Position numbers and translations under genes: made by a program. Below the pieces are notes generated by a model. The model was not told the DNA's origin. It saw only the letters and a list, made by a program, of their open reading frames with translations, and did not search any database. 32,083 nt of DNA from Candidatus Woesearchaeota archaeon (GTDB taxonomy: Archaea; Nanobdellota; Nanobdellia; Pacearchaeales; GW2011-AR1), in contig CAYQXU010000002.1 of NCBI GenBank assembly GCA_964421685.1, positions 1 to 32,083 on the forward strand, written 5' to 3'. Below are positions 25,360-32,083 of this stretch, piece by piece; position 1 is the stretch's first letter; every line of letters starts with the position of its first letter.

Positions 25360-26070
25360 ATGATCTTAAAAACCGCTGTGATTATTGCTGGAGGAAGAGG
25401 AACTAGACTTGAAGAACATACTGAAGACTTGCCTAAACCACTTATTCCTATTGCTGGAAAGCCCTTGTTAGAAAGAGTTATTGAATGGCTTAAGAAAAAT
25501 GGTGTTACAAACGTCGTCATCGGTGTTGCTTATAAAAAAGAGATGATTAAAAATTATTTTGGAAATGGTGAAGATTTAGGGATTAATATAATATATACGG
25601 AACACGATGAAAATGGGGGCACCGAAGATGCATTTAAGGCAGCAATAGAACAATCTGGAATTGAAGATGAAAATTTTTATGCAATGAATGGGGATCAAAT
25701 AACTGACTTGCAGCTTGAAGGAATGACTAATTTCCATATAAGAAACAATTCAATTGCTACTATTCTAACAGTTGATCTTAGAACCAATTTTGGGATTATT
25801 AATAAAGATGATCAGCATAGGATTATAAAATTCAAAGAGAAAGGAGAAATGCCAGGGGTTCCTATTAATGGGGGAATTTATATATTTAGCAGAGAAATAA
25901 GAAAATTTCTTGAAGGGGGAAACATTGAAGAAAAGGCATTTAGGAAACTTATTGATGAAAAAAAAATTCATGCTTTTCACTATGGCGGGATTTGGACAAC
26001 TGTCAATGACAAAAAAGAGTTGGAAAAACTTGAGGAATTTTTAAATAGATATGAAGAGTTGATTAAATAA
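25360..26070 (+). CDS. Sugar-1-phosphate nucleotidyltransferase (RmlA/GlmU N-domain-like)
   Basis: AVIIAGGRGTRLEEHTEDLPKPLIPIAGKPLLE is the canonical NTP-transferase P-loop-like motif. Confidence 0.88.
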   Translation: MILKTAVIIAGGRGTRLEEHTEDLPKPLIPIAGKPLLERVIEWLKKNGVTNVVIGVAYKKEMIKNYFGNGEDLGINIIYTEHDENGGTEDAFKAAIEQSGIEDENFYAMNGDQITDLQLEGMTNFHIRNNSIATILTVDLRTNFGIINKDDQHRIIKFKEKGEMPGVPINGGIYIFSREIRKFLEGGNIEEKAFRKLIDEKKIHAFHYGGIWTTVNDKKELEKLEEFLNRYEELIK

Positions 26071-26071
26071 A

Positions 26072-26521
26072 ATGAAAATACTTATGATATGCAGAACAAA
26101 GGAAGATGAGGTTGGACAATTTATGCCTGGATTAAAAAAAGAGTTGGAAAAAGAAGGTCATTTTGTGGATCTTATTTTCAGAAATGAGGATCTTCACATG
26201 TCTACACTCTCAAGCTCAATGGAAGGACTTAAAGAATTTACAAATAATGAAGATAAAAAAAATAAGTATGATCTAATTTATACGCATGACTGGAGCATAG
26301 CTTTTCCCTTGCTATTCCCCTATAAAACACTCTATGAGAAGCATTGGTGTCTCTTCCATAACCTTCAAGAAGATGGGGATGCTAAATCAAAAATATTGAG
26401 CAAGATAACAGCTAATCTTCTTGGAAGCCATTTTTTAGTAAGAACTGAAGAATTAAAAAGAACTTTTCCAAAATCGACGCTTTCACAAAACGGTCTTAAA
26501 ATAAAAGAATTGATTAAATGA
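26072..26521 (+). CDS. Uncharacterised protein resembling only the N-terminal Rossmann half of a GT-B (GT4-like) glycosyltransferase
   Basis: MKILMI...EKEGHFVDLI...YDLIYTHDWS...LFHN...SHFLVRTEEL follows the GT4 N-domain pattern. It stops at 149 aa, with no C-terminal donor-binding domain. Confidence 0.6.
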   Translation: MKILMICRTKEDEVGQFMPGLKKELEKEGHFVDLIFRNEDLHMSTLSSSMEGLKEFTNNEDKKNKYDLIYTHDWSIAFPLLFPYKTLYEKHWCLFHNLQEDGDAKSKILSKITANLLGSHFLVRTEELKRTFPKSTLSQNGLKIKELIK

Positions 26522-26536
26522 AAATTAATTAACAAA

Positions 26537-27085
26537 ATGATAAAAAAAATTAAACTGGCAGAAAGAGATAAAGCAAAAGATATCTTAGAGGTATACCGAT
26601 CTGGGGGAGTTTGGCTGCCATATACTGACGTGGAAGAGATAAATAAATCAATAAAGGAAAATGAAAAAGGGAAAGTTTCAATCATAGTTGTGGAAATGGA
26701 TGGAAAAATTGTTGGTGCGCTTAAACTTCACAGACCCCAATCGCATATAGGTAAAGGCGGTAAGGTAGCTGTTCTCCCTGAATATAGAGGCCATGGAATA
26801 GGAAAACTGATGTACAAGTCTGCAATAAAAATATTTGACATGGAAGGAAGGAGAAAGGTTGTTGATTCTTTGGTTGGGGATAACCCTTCTGTTTCTGCAC
26901 TGTTTGAAAAATTAGGCTTTGAAGTAGAAGCTAAAATGAGAAAGCATACTCCTGGAGGACACACTTTATACCAGTTTGCATATCATATTGACGAATTAGG
27001 AGTTCCTGAATTAGGAAAAGATGTCATTTTTGATATTCCATTAACACAATATATGAAGGAGCTAAAGCAGAAAAATTTAGAATAG
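26537..27085 (+). CDS. GNAT-family N-acyltransferase
   Basis: The acyl-CoA binding motif A is present: VAVLPEYRGHGIGKLMYKSAI. Confidence 0.85.
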   Translation: MIKKIKLAERDKAKDILEVYRSGGVWLPYTDVEEINKSIKENEKGKVSIIVVEMDGKIVGALKLHRPQSHIGKGGKVAVLPEYRGHGIGKLMYKSAIKIFDMEGRRKVVDSLVGDNPSVSALFEKLGFEVEAKMRKHTPGGHTLYQFAYHIDELGVPELGKDVIFDIPLTQYMKELKQKNLE

Positions 27086-27086
27086 G

Positions 27087-27818
27087 ATGGAGATAATAGA
27101 ACTTTGTAAAATCAAAGACATAATAAAATCAGGTTCTCTTATAGCAATTGGAGGATTTACTATAAATAGAAAGCCAATGTCAGTGATCAAGGAGATTTGC
27201 AAAAGCCAAATATCAAAATTACATCTATACTTTCTTGCTGGTTCCATAGACGCAGATATGTTAATTAAAGAATCAAAAGTGTCTAAAATTTCAGCAGCAT
27301 ATGTTGGCTATGAAGGCTTAGGTTTATCGCACATCACACGCAAGGCCGTTGAGTCAGGTGAAGTTTTATTTGAAGACTTGACAGAGATTTTGTATTATTA
27401 TAGTTTAAAAGTAGGAGCTGAGAAACTTCCCTATTTGATGACAGATTCTATAAAGAACACAGATATAATGAATGTAAACTCTGGCTGTGAGAGAATAATT
27501 AACGGGGAAAATGATGTAAGATGTAAGATTAACGCAATAAATCCAGACTACTGCATAATTCATGCACAAAAGGCAGATAAAGAAGGGAATATAATGATAA
27601 GTGAACCGGATTTTTGTGAGAAGGAAATGGCGCGGGCTTCAAAAATAACAATATTCAGTGTTGAAAAAATAGGAAAAATAGAGCCTGAAGAGATTACCAT
27701 CCCAAAAAAGCATGTCAATTATATTGTAGTTTCAAAAAGAGGTGCGCTTCCAACAGGATGTAAAGATCATTATCTTCCAGACATCAAACAAATTGTTGGA
27801 AATTTAGAAAATGAGTAA
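27087..27818 (+). CDS. CoA-transferase family I, subunit A (GctA/AtoD-like)
   Basis: N-terminal SGSLIAIGGFTINRKPMSVIKEI and the overall layout fit subunit A. It is translationally coupled to subunit B through an 8-nt overlap. Confidence 0.78.
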   Translation: MEIIELCKIKDIIKSGSLIAIGGFTINRKPMSVIKEICKSQISKLHLYFLAGSIDADMLIKESKVSKISAAYVGYEGLGLSHITRKAVESGEVLFEDLTEILYYYSLKVGAEKLPYLMTDSIKNTDIMNVNSGCERIINGENDVRCKINAINPDYCIIHAQKADKEGNIMISEPDFCEKEMARASKITIFSVEKIGKIEPEEITIPKKHVNYIVVSKRGALPTGCKDHYLPDIKQIVGNLENE

Positions 27819-28590
27819 AATATCAGATTTTTTAGCTGTTAACTTAGCAGAAGAAATTTTTGAAGGAGAAACAATAGTGCAGGGAACTTCTACTTTTATC
27901 CCTATGATAGCAACTCTGTTAGCTATGAAAAAAAAGAGAATTAATCTTCTTGGGGGTTTTTATTGGAATCCAGAAGTTTTTCCAAAAGTGCCATCTACTT
28001 TTTGCTTTGAAAACTACAAAAATGGAAAAAGTATAGGGCTGTCTGGATTTTTAGATATGCTTGTGCAGGGAAAAATAGATTTAGAATTTTTGAGGCCAGC
28101 CCAGATTGATAAATATGGTAATGTAAACAATACGGTTATTGGCAGTCATGATAAGCCAAAAATTCGTCTTCCTGGCGGGATGGGGATAGATGATGTAGTG
28201 CATTACTCAAAAAAAGCAATACTTTACGTACCAAATCACAGCAAGAGGGTTTTTGTTGACAAAGTTGATTTTATCACTGCAAGCGGGTGGGATAAAGGAA
28301 AGGGCCCTCACAAAATTATAACGAATATGTGTATATTTGAGTTCATAAATAAGGAAATAACACTTACTAAAATAAATCCTGATTATACAATAGAAGATGT
28401 AAAAAACAAAACTGGGTTTGAGTTTAATATCGCCTTTAGTGTTGAAAAAATGCTTGAAGTAAGCCAGGATATTTCAAATAGAATAATGGAATTGGATCCG
28501 TTAGGAATGAGGGATTTGGAAATTAAAGAAGAAAGACCAATAATATTGGAGAATTTATTAAAAGCGAGATTTAAGATCTCCAAAGGTTAG
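27811..28590 (+). CDS. CoA-transferase family I, subunit B (GctB/AtoA-like)
   Basis: AQIDKYGNVNNTVIGSHDKPKIRLPGGMGIDDV closely resembles, from my memory of that sequence, the glutaconate CoA-transferase B core. Confidence 0.78.
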   Translation: MSKISDFLAVNLAEEIFEGETIVQGTSTFIPMIATLLAMKKKRINLLGGFYWNPEVFPKVPSTFCFENYKNGKSIGLSGFLDMLVQGKIDLEFLRPAQIDKYGNVNNTVIGSHDKPKIRLPGGMGIDDVVHYSKKAILYVPNHSKRVFVDKVDFITASGWDKGKGPHKIITNMCIFEFINKEITLTKINPDYTIEDVKNKTGFEFNIAFSVEKMLEVSQDISNRIMELDPLGMRDLEIKEERPIILENLLKARFKISKG

Positions 28591-29082
28591 ATCTCTAGCC
28601 TCATCATAATCTTTAATCGGCTTAGCGGGAATTCCAACAGCTATGACTCTATCTGGAATATCTTTATTCACTACTGCTGAAGTTCCTATAATAGAATTTT
28701 CTCCAATAGTCACTCCATCTAGTACAATGGCGTTTGGAGCTAACTGGGCTCTTTTTTTAATTCTTACAGGAGCTATAATAATAGGATCATTAGGATTTAC
28801 ATCCTGAAAAACAGAATTATGGGCAAATATCTTTACGCCTACAGAAAGTTTCACGCCATCTTCAATAGTGACCATAGAAGGCACTGCTGTGTCTATGTGG
28901 ACAAACGCGTCTATAAACACATTTTTCCCTATTTTAACTCCACGAGCCCTATTTGCAGCAACTCTTATAGTATTTCCAGGGCCAAAATAGCCAAGAAGAT
29001 ACCAAAACCTGTTCATAATTTTTTTGAAAAAACCTATTTTTATTTCTTTTACAAATCGTTTTCTTTGATCTGTTATTGCCAT
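28558..29082 (-). CDS. Left-handed beta-helix (hexapeptide-repeat) O-/N-acetyltransferase
   Basis: Repeated [LIV]-G-x4 hexapeptides (IGKNVFIDAFVHI..., VTIGENSIIGTSAVV) and a C-terminal VGIPAKPIK. Confidence 0.85.
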   Translation of the reverse strand: MAITDQRKRFVKEIKIGFFKKIMNRFWYLLGYFGPGNTIRVAANRARGVKIGKNVFIDAFVHIDTAVPSMVTIEDGVKLSVGVKIFAHNSVFQDVNPNDPIIIAPVRIKKRAQLAPNAIVLDGVTIGENSIIGTSAVVNKDIPDRVIAVGIPAKPIKDYDEARDLTFGDLKSRF

Positions 29083-29094
29083 ATTCTAGTTTGG

Positions 29095-29113
29095 GAACCT
29101 TTCTAAAAGGTTC
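29095..29113. repeat. Perfect 8-bp inverted repeat with a 3-nt spacer (GAACCTTT-cta-AAAGGTTC)
   Basis: Read directly from the sequence. It lies 13 nt upstream of the minus-strand ATG at 29082 and overlaps the only TATA-like tract for that gene. Confidence 0.5.
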
Positions 29114-29205
29114 ATTGTCATTTATGTGAATTTTATTGGAGTTATTTATATCTTTCGTATAATTGATACTGTGAAATAATGATTATTGAGGTTGATTTCA
29201 TAATC

Positions 29206-29213
29206 TTTATAAA
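29206..29213 (+). promoter_or_regulatory. Putative TATA box (TTTATAAA, preceded by C)
   Basis: Lies 22 nt upstream of the ATG at 29236. Confidence 0.45.
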
Positions 29214-29235
29214 TAAAACCTTGATTTAGTTCTTG

Positions 29236-30327
29236 ATGAAGAAAATAAAAGTATATCTACAACATCCTTGGAGATTCCCGGATTCTCCTTATTATAAATA
29301 CTTAATTGGATATCCACCAAGAAATGTTGAATATTTTAACACTGAAAATCAAAAAGGAGCAATAACAAAGAAAAGCAAGTTTATTTTGTCTAGCTATCTA
29401 AAAAGGGCAAGGCACTACGCTAACAAGTTGAGATTGCCTTTTCCAAATATGCGATTAACTAAAGAAGGGGATTATAATCTAATTCACTGTACTCATTGTT
29501 TAAGCCGAAATAAGAATATGCCCTGGGTAGCTGATTTTGAAAGTTACTGGCAGTTTTGGCTTTCTGGCAGAAAAACCAAATTAGGTGAGAAATGGACAGG
29601 CAAAATATTGTCAAGGAAAAACTGCAAAAAGATTATTGCCTGGACAAATCTAGTTAGAGATGACATTATAAAAATATTCCCAAACCTTCAAAATAAAATT
29701 GAGGTGGTTTATCCAGCAGTACCTACTCAAAAAAGTAAAAAGAAACATAAAGGAATAAATTTGTTGTTTATTGGAAGATACTTTTACGGCAAAGGAGGGC
29801 TACATGCAATTGAAGCTATAGATAGAATAACGAAAAAAAGAAAAAATACTGCAGCGTGCATTGTTTCAGACACACCTGATGAAATATTCCGAAAATACTC
29901 GGGAAACAAAAAAATAAAATTCCTTGAGATAGTTCCTCAAAAAAAACTCTTTGAAGAAATTTACCCTTCATCAGATATATTTGTTTATCCGGGTTATAGC
30001 GATACTTTTGGCTTTTCTATGCTTGAAGCAATGTCTTTTGGAATTCCTACAATAACTGTTGAAGGAGATGTTAAAGAAGAAATTATAGATGAGAGAAAAA
30101 CAGGATTTATAGTATCATCTGGAAACGCTTCATATAGAGAAAATATAAAAAATTACAATAAAGAAGTAGTTGAAGAGATGGTAGAAAAAGCTCTTAAGTT
30201 AATAGACAATAGAAAATTATTAAGAGAAATGGCAAAAAACTGCATAAAAACAATTAAAGACGGCAAATTTTCCATAAAACAAAGAAATGAAAAATTAGAG
30301 AAAGTGTATCAAGAGGCGCTAAGATGA
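29236..30327 (+). CDS. GT-B glycosyltransferase (GT4 family)
   Basis: C-terminal domain with FVYPGYSDTFGFSMLEAMSFGIPTI...E (EX7E-type region). The ATG at 29236 is preferred to the TTG at 29233 because of the TATA spacing. Confidence 0.85.
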   Translation: MKKIKVYLQHPWRFPDSPYYKYLIGYPPRNVEYFNTENQKGAITKKSKFILSSYLKRARHYANKLRLPFPNMRLTKEGDYNLIHCTHCLSRNKNMPWVADFESYWQFWLSGRKTKLGEKWTGKILSRKNCKKIIAWTNLVRDDIIKIFPNLQNKIEVVYPAVPTQKSKKKHKGINLLFIGRYFYGKGGLHAIEAIDRITKKRKNTAACIVSDTPDEIFRKYSGNKKIKFLEIVPQKKLFEEIYPSSDIFVYPGYSDTFGFSMLEAMSFGIPTITVEGDVKEEIIDERKTGFIVSSGNASYRENIKNYNKEVVEEMVEKALKLIDNRKLLREMAKNCIKTIKDGKFSIKQRNEKLEKVYQEALR

Positions 30328-31103
30328 CGAAAACATTCACGCTGCGTGTTGACCTAGAGTCAGAAAAAGGAATAAAACTAGGATTGCCAAGACTATTGGA
30401 TTTATTGAAAAGATATAACATAAAGGCTTCTTTTTATCTGGTTATGGGGGGGGAATCAAATATAATTGAAATTCTTAAGTACAGAAATAAACTCAAAAGC
30501 TCTGGAGAGAGATCTATTAAGGTGTGGTCTATAAAAGACAAGATTAGGATGACTTTATTTCCAAAAGATTTTGTTAAGAACAATATTCATATTTTAAGAA
30601 GAGTTATCGCTGATGGTCATGAACTAGGAATACACGGCTGGAAGCACAGAGAATGGACCAGGGGATTGGATAAAATAAATACCAGAGAGAGAATTATTAT
30701 GGCAAAGAAAAAATATTTTTACTTTTTTGGGAAAAAACCGGTAAGCTTTTGCTCTCCAGGATTTAACACAAATGAAAAAGTTTTAAGGGTTTTAGATGAC
30801 GAGGGAATCAAGTTTATAAGTGATTTTCAGGATAAAAAAGTAAAGGAATATTTTAAAATTAAGAATGTTCCAATAACAATCCTTGGTGAAGAGAGGACAC
30901 CGATAATAGAGTTTTTAGTGGGAAAGGGAAAGAGTGATGAAGAAATACTAAGCATAATAAAAGAAATGATGCAAAAAGAAGAAATTTGCTCATTTTATAT
31001 GCATGATTTATTTGAAGCTAGGTTTAAATTACCTCTTCTCGAAGAAATTTTCAAATATGTTAAGAAAAATAAAATTCTAAATAAAAGGATTATAGATTAT
31101 TAA
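30324..31103 (+). CDS. Polysaccharide deacetylase (CE4 / ArnD-like)
   Basis: FTLRVDLES...ASFYLVMGG and GHELGIHGWKH are NodB-homology-type motifs. ATGA overlap with the upstream GT. Confidence 0.8.
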   Translation: MTKTFTLRVDLESEKGIKLGLPRLLDLLKRYNIKASFYLVMGGESNIIEILKYRNKLKSSGERSIKVWSIKDKIRMTLFPKDFVKNNIHILRRVIADGHELGIHGWKHREWTRGLDKINTRERIIMAKKKYFYFFGKKPVSFCSPGFNTNEKVLRVLDDEGIKFISDFQDKKVKEYFKIKNVPITILGEERTPIIEFLVGKGKSDEEILSIIKEMMQKEEICSFYMHDLFEARFKLPLLEEIFKYVKKNKILNKRIIDY

Positions 31104-31105
31104 CT

Positions 31106-32017
31106 ATGAAATTGAATAAACAGCCTAAAGTATCTATAGTATTTGTCAACTGGAATGGGAAAAAATATACCTTTGATCTTGCTGAATCACTAAAAAAGAT
31201 TAATTACAATAATTATGACATTATAATTGTCGATAACGCCTCAACTGATGGTTCTCAAAAAGAAATAAAAAGAAAATATGGGAAAAACGTCACATTAATA
31301 GAAAATAAAGAAAATACTGGCTTAGCGGAAGGAACAAATATTGGGCTGAGAGAGGGGCTAAAAAGAGGCAGTAAATACATTTTAACAATGAATAATGATA
31401 TGATTGTAAAACCTAATTTTTTAGATATTCTAGTAAATAGTATGGAAGAGCATCCAGAAGTTGCAGTTTCAGCTCCCTTGATATACTATATGTATCCAAA
31501 GAACTTGATATGGTGTGCAGGATGTAAATACACAATAAGAGGGTTTAAGCCACTCTATCAAGGAAAAAAAGATACTGGAAACCTTGAAGAAAAATATGTT
31601 GACGGGTGCGATTGTGTTTTAATGATGAGATCTAAAATTTTGGAAAAAGACTGTTTGTTGGACAAAGATTTTTTTGTAATACATGAGTTTACTGAATGGT
31701 GTCTGAGAATCACAAACAAGGGATACAAGTGTCTTTTTGTTCCAGAATCAAAAGTTTGGCATAAAGTGGAAGCCTCATTAAAAGGGAATAATAAAGAAAG
31801 TGAGATCTCAGCATATTATAATATAAGAAATTGGCTTCTGACTGTTAAAAAAAATAAAAGCTTTTTTTATTTTGTTTCCGTTTTGATGCTTGAATCTACA
31901 ATACTTGCATTCTTTCGTTTAATAAAATGGAGGCAAGTAAAGTTAATCAAAACATATTTTACAGCAGTCTGGCATGCAATAATAAATAAAACTCCAATGA
32001 AATTATATCCTTATTAA
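31106..32017 (+). CDS. GT-A glycosyltransferase (GT2 family)
   Basis: VSIVFVNWNG...IIIVDNASTDGS and TMNNDMIV are GT2 motifs. A C-terminal hydrophobic segment is present. Confidence 0.88.
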   Translation: MKLNKQPKVSIVFVNWNGKKYTFDLAESLKKINYNNYDIIIVDNASTDGSQKEIKRKYGKNVTLIENKENTGLAEGTNIGLREGLKRGSKYILTMNNDMIVKPNFLDILVNSMEEHPEVAVSAPLIYYMYPKNLIWCAGCKYTIRGFKPLYQGKKDTGNLEEKYVDGCDCVLMMRSKILEKDCLLDKDFFVIHEFTEWCLRITNKGYKCLFVPESKVWHKVEASLKGNNKESEISAYYNIRNWLLTVKKNKSFFYFVSVLMLESTILAFFRLIKWRQVKLIKTYFTAVWHAIINKTPMKLYPY

Positions 32018-32083
32018 AATTACCTTTCTTCTGATACTGTCAAATTATAGTGATATAATTATGCCTGACAAATCTAATTAAGT

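Noticed and set aside
15918-29106. Other short overlapping ORFs in the glycan region: 15918-16139, 16212-16397, 17505-17690, 17663-17872, 18704-18940, 19286-19510, 20951-21355, 25765-25980, 26365-26685, 26728-26964, 28383-28583 and 28819-29106.
   Set aside because: All overlap longer ORFs that carry clear family motifs. None has a TATA box at the characteristic distance or a coupling junction.
24770-29192. A shared 10-mer, TTATTGAGGT, near two promoters (24770-24779 and 29183-29192).
   Set aside because: The two copies have opposite orientation relative to their TATA boxes. A single 10-mer repeat is expected by chance many times in 32 kb of AT-rich DNA.
29232-29239. A TGATGA (C-box-like) sequence in the 29.1-29.2 kb spacer that might indicate a C/D-box sRNA.
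   Set aside because: It is simply the TTG-ATG-AAG start-codon context of the GT4 gene. No D box (CTGA) or terminal stem accompanies it.
1-32083. Scan for CRISPR arrays, rRNA or tRNA genes, transposases or integrases, toxin-antitoxin pairs and restriction or other defence genes.
   Set aside because: No direct-repeat/spacer periodicity, no structured-RNA-sized gaps (the largest spacer is 150 nt) and no recognisable mobile-element or defence protein motifs were seen by eye. Covariance-model and HMM searches would be needed to exclude them formally.

Overview
AT-rich, very gene-dense archaeal window with three parts. The gene content and compaction suggest a small-genome DPANN-type archaeon (Woese-/Pacearchaeota-like), but that placement is inference only.

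(1) 152-13655: a complete archaeal S10/spc-type ribosomal-protein supercluster. Order is uL3-uL4-uL23-uL2-uS19-uL22-uS3-uL29-aSUI1-uS17-uL14-uL24-eS4-uL5-uS14-uS8-uL6-eL32-eL19-[unknown ORF]-uL18-uS5-uL30-uL15-SecY. Almost all gene junctions are -4 to +4 nt.

(2) 13692-16416: housekeeping genes, namely a DUF106/YidC-like insertase, prefoldin alpha, an eIF-2B-family protein and a SpoIIM-like membrane protein.

(3) 16468-32017: a glycosylation island.
- An unannotated 45-aa zinc-ribbon ORF is coupled to an AglH-like GlcNAc-1-P transferase, followed by the AglB/STT3 oligosaccharyltransferase (WWDYG present).
- Nucleotide-sugar genes follow: a WecB-like 2-epimerase, an RmlD-like reductase, an SDR epimerase/dehydratase, a WbuC-like cupin and a nucleotidyltransferase.
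- Three glycosyltransferases, a polysaccharide deacetylase and an LbH acetyltransferase are also present.
- An unusual five-gene operon joins a sugar nucleotidyltransferase, an orphan half-GT-B protein, a GNAT and a GctA/GctB-like CoA-transferase pair.

No rRNA, tRNA, CRISPR array or mobile element was seen.

Most interesting:
- the uncharacterised, non-basic 157-aa ORF wedged between eL19 and uL18;
- the acyl-CoA-transferase/GNAT/deacetylase module in the glycan island;
- the hidden zinc-ribbon ORF;
- a very regular leaderless promoter layout, with CTTTAAAWA about 20-23 nt from the first ATG of each transcription unit;
- the absence of Rpp29, adk and cmk from their usual places.
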